This document shows, piece by piece, positions 53,801-63,469 of a DNA stretch of 64,000 bases; positions within the stretch are counted from its first letter, which is position 1; the number at the start of each line of letters is the position of its first letter. This stretch comes from Aplysia californica (taxonomy: Eukaryota). The translations under genes and the position numbers were made by a program. The stretch is taken from assembly GCF_000002075.1 (NCBI RefSeq), contig NW_004797287.1, forward strand, positions 384,792 to 448,791, in the 5' to 3' direction. The notes under the pieces were generated by a model, which had not been told where the DNA came from, did not search any database, and worked only from the letters and a program-made list of their open reading frames with translations.

Positions 53801-56800
53801 AAGTAGTGACTAGTTGGTTTTTGAGGACAGAAGACCAAACAAAAATGTGATTGAGAAATACTGCGTTTTTAATGTTTATGTCTGTAGAATTGTAATTGTT
53901 TGCCCTCAGAGATCGGTCCGCAGGTGTTTGGCGGATGTTCTGGTGTGGTTTGCCTTCCTATCAAACATCTATTGTCCTTATCTCTCCTCCTAATTTTTTG
54001 TGTTTGTTACTCTCTTCTAACATCTGTAATCTTCGGCATTTATATATGACCTAATTGTGTTGCAAGTGCTGTAAAGCACTTACTAAAACTAAACTGAAAA
54101 AGTTGGTCTTTGTATTTAATTGTAGGTTTAAGTTGAAGATTTACTACGCTGATCATTATCTCTCTACTTTTATGAACACTTTGTGCATTAGTAGCACTTT
54201 TCAGACTCTCTGCATGTCCAATTCTTCAAAACAGATCTAATGGTATCTGTTGTGAAGCGGTTAAGTATGAGTTTGATTTCTGTGTTGAGATAATTTCTGC
54301 TGGGAGGTTGTATCACTCTCAGCCTAGGTTGGGGCGCACATGGAAGGTTGAAGCAGCTCGCCTCATGAATAATTTAATTAGTGTTGATGGGGGCTTAAAA
54401 TGTTTACAATTACAATTTTTACATAAATCAGACCTGGCATTTTGTAGTGCCTCGGTACTCAAAGAGAAAGGTTGAATAGAATGCTGTTAATTAAAACAAT
54501 GATGGATTGCTGTGGAAAAGGTTACAAAGGGATGTAATTATGTGTCTAGTAGTCTGATACTTTTGTTTCAATTTTGTGCCAGGTGAAGTCGAATGTGTCT
54601 GTGACCTCGGTCAAGGACGCTCTTATCTCCTGGTCAGCTCGTGATGCGTCCAGCCCAGACACCGCGCGTGCGTTCTCTACAACGTACAGTCACATATCAG
54701 AGGTGAGCATATAAAGTACTTGGTTTGTTTTTTTCTCATTTAGGTTGTCCCTCTCCCATTTTTTTTATTTTTTAGAAATGATGTCTACTCCCCAATATTG
54801 TCAAACATTTAACAATTTCACATTGCCCCCCCCCCCCCCCCCCCCCCTCCTTCCCTCCCTCCATCTTCTTCCCAGCTGTTTTTGTCAATGTAAGGGAAAC
54901 ACCAGATTACTTTTGGGCTAAGTTTAGTTTTTGAAACATAAACTGTTAATAAAATATACAACATGCTCCTGATGTGCCTCTGGAAGCTTGTGTGGATACC
55001 AAAAACCTTGTTTGTTAATTAATATTGGTAATGAAAGGAATATTTTCACTCATTCACATTGGTGAATAGATAATGGGGGTATAGTGGTGTATGTTTGACT
55101 TCCTGATATATTGTTCTATTTGTTTCTTGTCCTCTAGTTGTACAGGTACCTCAACGACAACCTGAGCAGGAAAGATGGCCAAGACTTGTTCCACACACAC
55201 CCGGTCATCTTTGTGCCAGATGGCCTGAACTTTGGCTCTGGAAGAGATCCAGTTGCCGGTCGCATGCTGAGCAGGAAGGAATTGTGGTGGGCGGATCCAA
55301 CGGAGCTGTTTGTCAAGTACCATGACTCTTTGCTTCGTTATAAGTCTCCCCTGGCCAAAACAAGAATTGTGAGTTTGTTTTCCTTTTTGTATGGTCAATG
55401 TCTTTTTTTGTGGTTGTTCTTTGCAAGATTAGAATTTGCCTGAATCCATATTTAAATTCCTTTACTTGTACGTCTCTGCTTCTTTTTCCGGCATTTAAGG
55501 AATTTAAGAGCTATCTTTTGCAGAGCTTCTTTGTTGCTCTTGTATAGTGTTTGTTATATCTTGTTTCAGCTCTGAATCTTTGATAGTCATGATTGTTCTT
55601 TAAACGTTGCATTTAGTTATTTTTACTATTCTTCATTCAGCAACGATATCGTACTGATATGGTCATTTTATTGGAAAATACAAATAAAAATTTAGAGCTT
55701 TCCTTTTGCGAATCTGTGTGATTGTTGGGTTTTTTTTGCGTTGTAGATTGGCCACCTGTACCAGGAACACTCGGAGATGTTCCATTTCTCTGTGAAGGTC
55801 CCAACTGCCCCAAGCACGGCCCACCTGGCACAGCTGGTAGACCACCTGGCCACAGTCTTCATACTGAAGGAACCTGGCATTCTCGAAGATACGCTCTATC
55901 TCTTCTCTGAGATAGGCTCTCAGCTGATCAAGATCTCGCACACTACTGCTGGTAAGTCTACGTTTGTGTGTGTATGGGGAGGCAAGGAAAGCTTCCAGTT
56001 GCCTTGAATTCCATGAATTGGGTTGTGCTTGCAGATAATTAAGTGAAGGTACAAAAGATGGCTCTCTACTCAGCTAGATCTCACATATTACAGGGGGTAA
56101 GTCTAAGGTTAGTTTAGGTAGTTTTAGTATAGGTTTTATAGCCCTCGCAACTGCATGAGGTAATATGAGTGCCAAGGGGTGGATGTCAACAAAGAAGTCC
56201 TTACAGGGAATCAGACTTACTCTGCTCACCTCTCTAGCTTCAACAGCACAAAGTCTGCTTTGACTAACAAGGCACGCCGGAAATAGCAGGTCACAAGAGT
56301 GTAACAAACCTACAAAAGAAGTAGAGGAAAAATGACGATAGTCAGGATTAGGAAAGAAAAAAACAGCAGTTCCCTTTTAAAGTTCAGGCACAGTTATGAG
56401 CGTGACATTTACAATTACAATTCTACTGTGCATAAGAACATGGTTTATATCCCCCCTTTGGAATGGCCTAAAGACACTTTAGTCAGTAGCTTCGTCCCGG
56501 GAGGGGCTGGTGTTAGTCTAAGGGTAGCATATTGTTTTCTATATTAAAAAAACCAAACCAACACGCTTTTCAGATGGGGGGAGGGGAAGAGAGCCCCCAA
56601 TTTGTTTGAATTCAGTGATTTGAGGTTTGCTTGCTGATGATCACTGACAGGGAAAAAATGCTTTTAGATTTTCAAGACAAGTTATGTGGTGTTTGTGTAG
56701 ATTGGAAGATGTCTACTTGGATGCAATTTTTTTCCTATGGTTTTGGGGGACAAGATTGACACTTTAGCTTACTGCTTATTTTGAAACCTTTCTTTTCTAT

Positions 56801-59800
56801 GACATTATGCTCTGTTTTTTTGACACAAGAATAGGCTCTGTAATAATGTGAATGAAAGTACTGAAGCATATTTTAAATACTCTTTCTATAAGCTTCAAAA
56901 TGGGAGGTTAATGTTGAATCTTGTGAAAAAAGTCCCATTTCACTTATATTTCAAGTATAAAAATTAATGGAAAAAATTATCCAAGATGTCCAAAAAATGT
57001 GCTTAGAAATTTAGTGATTACCCGTAGTTTTAAAAACAAGCAGTCTTCATAAAGGCTTTGAAATCACATTTGTCCTGTTAAAGGCATCTTTATAAGAACT
57101 GAAGTTCAGGAAGGTGGCTTTAACATGTGAATAAAACGACTTGTTGCAGTATAGATTAGTTACCAGTTATTTGTCCCTAGGCTCAGTATCCATGCAATAG
57201 TCATTTGAATATCAAGGCCCCAAGATCTGGAATGCTTTGCCAAGTACTCTAACAGAGATCAAATCTTTTGGTTCATTCAAATGTCAGCAGCTGAAGTCAT
57301 TTCGGTTTTCAAATTGATAAGATGAATATTTGGAGAGATTTACTTTTGGTCAGAACACAACGGTTTATGTTACTGTATTACATTGTATTGTATTGTAAAG
57401 CGCTCAGAGCCTGTGTACTTTAAGCGGGGTTGAGCGCTATATAAATGTCCTTTTTTATTATTATTATTAACTAAATTTGTCAGTTGATAAACCCCACCCC
57501 CCACCCATTCTCAAACAAAATAAGTTATAGCAACAAAAAAACAACAAAGACAAAGAGGATAACAAAGAATAAAAAACACCCCACAGCCTAACATATGCTG
57601 ATACATGCTGCGAGACCTGATCTCTCTGCCCATGGGTGGTTGGCGAGTGCTCTGGTGTGGTTTGCTTCTTCTTTCCTATCGAACGTCTATCGTCGTTTTC
57701 TCCCCTCCTTTTTTTATTGTGTTTGTTGCTCTCTTGTAACACCTAAAATCTTCAGCACTTATATGACCTTATTGTGTTGCAAGTGCCGTAAAACACTTAC
57801 TAAAAACTAAAAACCTCTCTGCCTTTACCTTTTGGTCACCACCAGGTGTTGCCACGGAGGAGGCCCAGTTGGCTCAGACCAATCTGCCTCTGGTCAAGGA
57901 GCTGTTCGCCAACTCGGCGCTGTTCCCCACGAAGCTGGATCAATGGGTGGCTCTCTCGGCTGCCCCGATGCTGTCTGACTCTTCCGAGCTGGAGGAAATG
58001 TTTTTGATGAAACCAGGCGTCCACTTTCTGCGGCTGGAAGCAGACACGCCTGGCGGCCAGCGGGAGAATCCGCTCAAAGGGAAATTGTCACGTAAGCTCT
58101 CCTTTTTTTGTTTTTCTTTCTGGTAAGCTGTATTTAATTTCTTTACCATTTTTGTGTCTTTCTGTCTGTCTGTCAGTTTGCCTGTCTGTCTGTCTGCCTC
58201 TGTCTGTCTGTCTGCTTTTCTGCTTGTCTGTCTGTCTGGCTTTATCCTTACATAAAACGGCTGTTTTTGTATCAATGTGCTAGTCCTCACTCAAACTTTA
58301 CACTTACAGTAATGAAGGCTCAAAAGTGAAAAACCCTCAAATACTGCACCAGTTTAGAATGCTGAAGCCATGGGATACTAAAAAATAATTTTAAAAACTT
58401 CACAGCCCAAGAAACACGCTTTAAAAATCCCCAGAGTTTCTTCATCCCTTCAGCTATTGCATAGAGTGACTTTCTTTGGTATTTACTTCAATGCTTCCCG
58501 GGAAGCTGAGAATGTTCCGGAGTGTTCTATGGTCTGCTTGGGTAATAATATAGTGTAAAAATATAGTGTAAAGCGCATAGAGCCTGCTGTTGAGCGGGGA
58601 TATGCGCTATACAAATGCTATCTATTATTATTATTAATGCAGTGGCTCCGATCCTTGTTTAAATATGGCTAGTGTGCCTGGTCGAGTCCGTGATTGAAGT
58701 TGCCATTGGTAATGAGCGCATACGACAGCCTGGGGACAAAAGTCGCAGATGGTACTAAAAACATTAAACTGGAGCATTAGCCCAGCCTCTCCTTTGGTCC
58801 TTATTCAGTGTGGTTGTGGAATTTCAGAGAAGCATCAGATCAATGCAGAATCGGTGAAGTACCTGGTCAGCCTCTTTGAAGAGATTCGTCCCCTGAGTGA
58901 GTGTGTGACCACCACAGAGATTACCACAGGATTTGAGCCCTGCACCGATGGTCAGACGTATTTGCACCGTGTGGTCGGACTGGTCCAAAGGTTTCTTTAC
59001 TTCAGCTACTCCGATGTGTACCGACAAGTGAAGGAGAAGAAGGCCGAGGGCCTCAAAGATTTGCTGTTTACACAGGTGAATGGGGGGGTAAATGTAATAG
59101 TGGGTGTTTGGCGGGTGCTCTGGTGTGGTTTGCTCCTTCTTTCCTATAAAGCTTCTGTCGTCCTTATCTCTTCTCTTTCTTTTATTTTGGTGTTTGTTAC
59201 TCTCATGTAACACCTTTAATCTTCGGCACTTATATTACCTTATTGTGTTTCAAGTGCCGTAAAGCTCTTACTGAAAAAAATATGGGAAGAAATTTAATGA
59301 CTTTAGTAAGTGCTGTCGAACCTGCTCTTATAACCACATGTCTAAGATGGTCACATGTACAAACAACCTGTGTCTTTTTCATATTATAATGACACTGTCC
59401 AAGAAGACCACCTGTCTGTGATGACTATTTTTCTCCTCAACAATGGGTGGTTATCTTGAACAGTTTGGACTGCCTGTTGATAGTTTCTTATATATTAGTA
59501 AACATTTCCTGGAATTTTGTGAATTCTGTTGAGATTTCATTTTCTATCTTTGCTGTGGGATACCAGTTCTTTCAAATCTACTGAATTTTGGAAAGATTAA
59601 ATGTTTTGTATTATATTTAGATATAACTTCACTTGTTTTCTTGTTCTGCATTGGCCACAACCAGTGACTGACCTAATTTATAAATGAAAATATAAGTCTA
59701 ATTGATCACTCTCTTTAAACTGGTGTTAAACATTCCAGATATTCTTTTTCTAAAACGAAAGTGAAAAATGTTTATTATGTTTGTTTGAATTGACATGCTT

Positions 59801-62800
59801 AATGTTAGTTTCTTGTCGTTTTTACTGTACAGTTATTGTTTTTTGTTTGTTTTATTTTGGTTTAAATTTCAACACTTGCTTTGGAGGTTTTCATAGATTT
59901 ATGTCCCTAAGATTTCAGAAAACTTCCATGCTGCCTGAGAAAAGCTGACCTTTAATTCATGTCTCAAAACTTCACAGGTCTGGAAGCTGGAGGTGAGGTA
60001 TGAGCTCACAGACCGCCCAGATGTGTATGAGATTCGTTCAGAGAAGTGTATCGTGAAGGACAAACATTTCTACTTTCACAAAGATGCTGTTGAGAGTCAA
60101 TCTGAGATCAATCGAGAGGTTGCAAAGTTTTTCTCCGAGGGCAATGAAGATTGCATCAGAGAACTGAGGTATGACATTCTCATTCTGATATCTTTTTTAC
60201 TTTGTGAGTTTTAATTTAATTTTTTTTTCTTCTTGAGCCATTCGGAAAGGTGTGTTGTATTTGAGAGCAAATACTGACATTTCTGGTGCAGCTGTTGGGC
60301 ACTTCGTCGTGGCACGCAGAAGATGAGTTCAATTCCTGTGTGGGGAAGATTTGTATTACCTCAGTCTTTCTGGCGGGAATTGTTTTCCTCTTAGCTAGGT
60401 TGACATTGACGGGCTGGGTCGAAGTTTGCCTCCTTAAATTATCTTAATTGTGTCGATGGGGCATAAAAGTAACTACCGGTAAGTACATTTTTTTTCAACA
60501 GTGAATTAATCGTGGGAAAGTGAATTAGTAGTGGTCACGTAATGTCATGCGTAAAATTGGATCTCCCTTTAAATGTTTGTTAAGTGCTTTTAAAAATTAA
60601 AGACATGTGTCTCCCACAGATGGAAGGCTCATAATATATGACTTTCCATAAGTCTGTTGGGTGGACAATTCATTTCAATTTATCCCTCCTGACCCTTAGT
60701 GACATACAGCATTGTAGCCTGCTAGGAGCATATCTCTATCTGTCATATATTTTTTGCATTGATTGTAACTCATTCTTGTCCATTTCCAGGAGCTTCCTTT
60801 CTCAAGTGGTTCCAATCATAGAGGGCATTTCAGACGAAAGCATTGAAAGTTTGATGTCTCGACAAAAGGCTCATATTGGCACTCTCCCGTCCTCGGAGGA
60901 AGTGTGGGAGGTACCACTTCCTGTCATCAAAAAGCCAGAACCCGAGCCACAGCTTGAAGTGGAGGAGACGATGGTCTATGGAAAAGGTGGGGGGTCTTAC
61001 TGTCTTTTGTGGAATTAATGTTGAATTCTCTCCCACTGCATTTATAAGAGGCACCTTTGTTGACTGCATTTTAGACTGGTTGAAATACACATTTATTTAA
61101 ATCATTTAAATCTTATTTTACCAGACACACATGTAGTTGTCTGATTTTTTTTCCAACAAGTGAGATCAGCAGACAAGGTGATTGTATATCTTTTTTGTTT
61201 GCGTTCTTTTGCCAGATTATGGATGCATATGTATTGGAAAAGATTGTTGTGCATTGCATGGATCGGTATACATAAAACATAGCATTGTATAAGCTGTCAA
61301 GTTTCTCATTATATTGTGAAGTGGCTAGAGCGACTATGGAATGGGCACTTTACTGAGGCTGGGAAAGTGTCACGGTATAGATGGGGCTAAAAAAGGTTGA
61401 GGACCTATTTCTAGGTGTTGACTGGTCTTGTAAGTTTCAGTTTTTTATCCTTTTTGTCTTGTTACTCTTCTCTTTTTAGAAATGATTTTATTACAAAGCG
61501 AGCCAAAAGTTTCCATTCCTAGGAGAAATGAGCACATTTCTAGATTTGTAACTGGATTCCTTCATAAAATGTGTCACCTTGGAGTTTTCAGTTTCATGTG
61601 GATATAGACAATTTCAAGGTGAATATTCATATATTTATTCATGAAATATCCTTTTAGTTATTTTAATGTATTTTCAGAGCAAGTACAATGTGGATTGTTT
61701 TAATGCCAGATCTAATTCTGTATTGAAAAGTTGCTGGCCCACAAATATTTTACACATTGTACAGATGTCAACCACTCTTTGAAAGAAAAGTTGAATATAC
61801 CTCTACTGCTCATGTGTGACAAGCTGATATGCTTTTAGCGGCAAGATATAGGAAAGTATTCCTGTAAATTTGTAGTATGGATTGTTGGAGGACATCACTG
61901 GTTGGTCAAACTTCTTTTATTTCCCTCTGTTGCTTTTGTCTGTCCTTTTTACATTCCACTAAGTGACCATCATTGTGTAGATATGATTCTCATCACTCAA
62001 AACTCAATACCTGAAACTTTAATACATGGAAACTTTTGGCTGGCCCAAGTTATGTTTTTAGAGCTTTGCCCACATCGACACCTTTTTATCTAGAACATAT
62101 CGTTTCTAATCGGCTAGCGGTGTACGAGCCCTCTGACGAGCAGTCAGCATCGACGGGTAACGACGGAAATGCAGGTTTGAAGTCCTGGCCGCCCAGGAGT
62201 GGGGAAGCGATGGCAGAACGACCAAACACGGGCAAGACAGGTACGTTCTATGTATAACCATCATCATCATCTTATAACCTGTTAGTATGTTCTCTGTATA
62301 AAGATCATCATCATCATGATTAAAACCTGCAGGTGTGTTCTGTGTTTAATGGTCATTATCCTCATGAAACCTGTAGTTTTGTTGACGGTCTGTCTTACAG
62401 TGAGGCCATACAAAGGCATAAGAACCAAATCTATCATATGTGTCACGACATGGTGGAATCATGTGCTTGTCAATTTTTGGGCATATTGAGGTATTGTTTT
62501 CATCTTAATGCTTGTTAATATGCCTTGTTTTCGATATATAAATTACCCATTTATCTTCAGCAGAAGAAGAGATATTTTTGATTGATGGAAGTAGGGATCA
62601 CCTGGTATCAAAGGTAAAATTAGCGAGAAAATGGTCGCCAAAGTTTAGCGACTTCCAAAGCTGGAGAGTGCATGGAAACTGTAAATTTACAGTTTTAGTG
62701 CCTTTAATCAATGTTGTTTGGTAAAATCCACATAGGAATTTGTTGTTAAATGGATATAAAAGGTGTTGAGCCAAAAAACAAAAATTCGATGAAAATTACC

Positions 62801-63438
62801 GAGCAGGAAGAAAAATGCTTATTTCTTCAATTTTGTTATTTTGATGAGCACCTGGTTTCACCACGATGCCTGACATATTGTACCTGACATCAACAAATTT
62901 GTACTGATGAGGCCTTTGAATTATCTTTTTTGATGTGCTTGCCAAGCATATGACTTTCCACCGATCTCATTCCACAGTTTTTGATTGTCAGGCTAGTCCA
63001 CTCTGTGGTGTTAGCCTCCTCTCTTTTCTCTTACATTCCTCTCCTTCTACCTCCTTATTCCATTGGCATGCAGTAGCTCATATACTGCGTGGGTAGGCCC
63101 TGATCTGATAGGCAGGGTCAAAGAAAGTGGTCTCTTAAATGATCAGCATTGTATTTGTGGGAACGTAAAGCACTTACATTATTTTTCCAAATCTCCCTCT
63201 CGGGATCATAAACTATATTCCATCTATAGATTTCTTGGGTCTTTCTCTGCTTGTGTTGGTGCTATCACTCAAATGGCCATTAAATCACTAATAATTGCTT
63301 GATTTTAACAAAATAAAATACAAAATGTTAAATTTTAATGTTTGCATTTCTGTAAATATCTGCACTTTAATTATATATATCCATGGAATTCAAAGAAAAG
63401 ATGGAGTTGAGGTTGGGTGTCTTTTTTTTATCTAAAAG

Positions 63439-63469
<31 letters not shown>

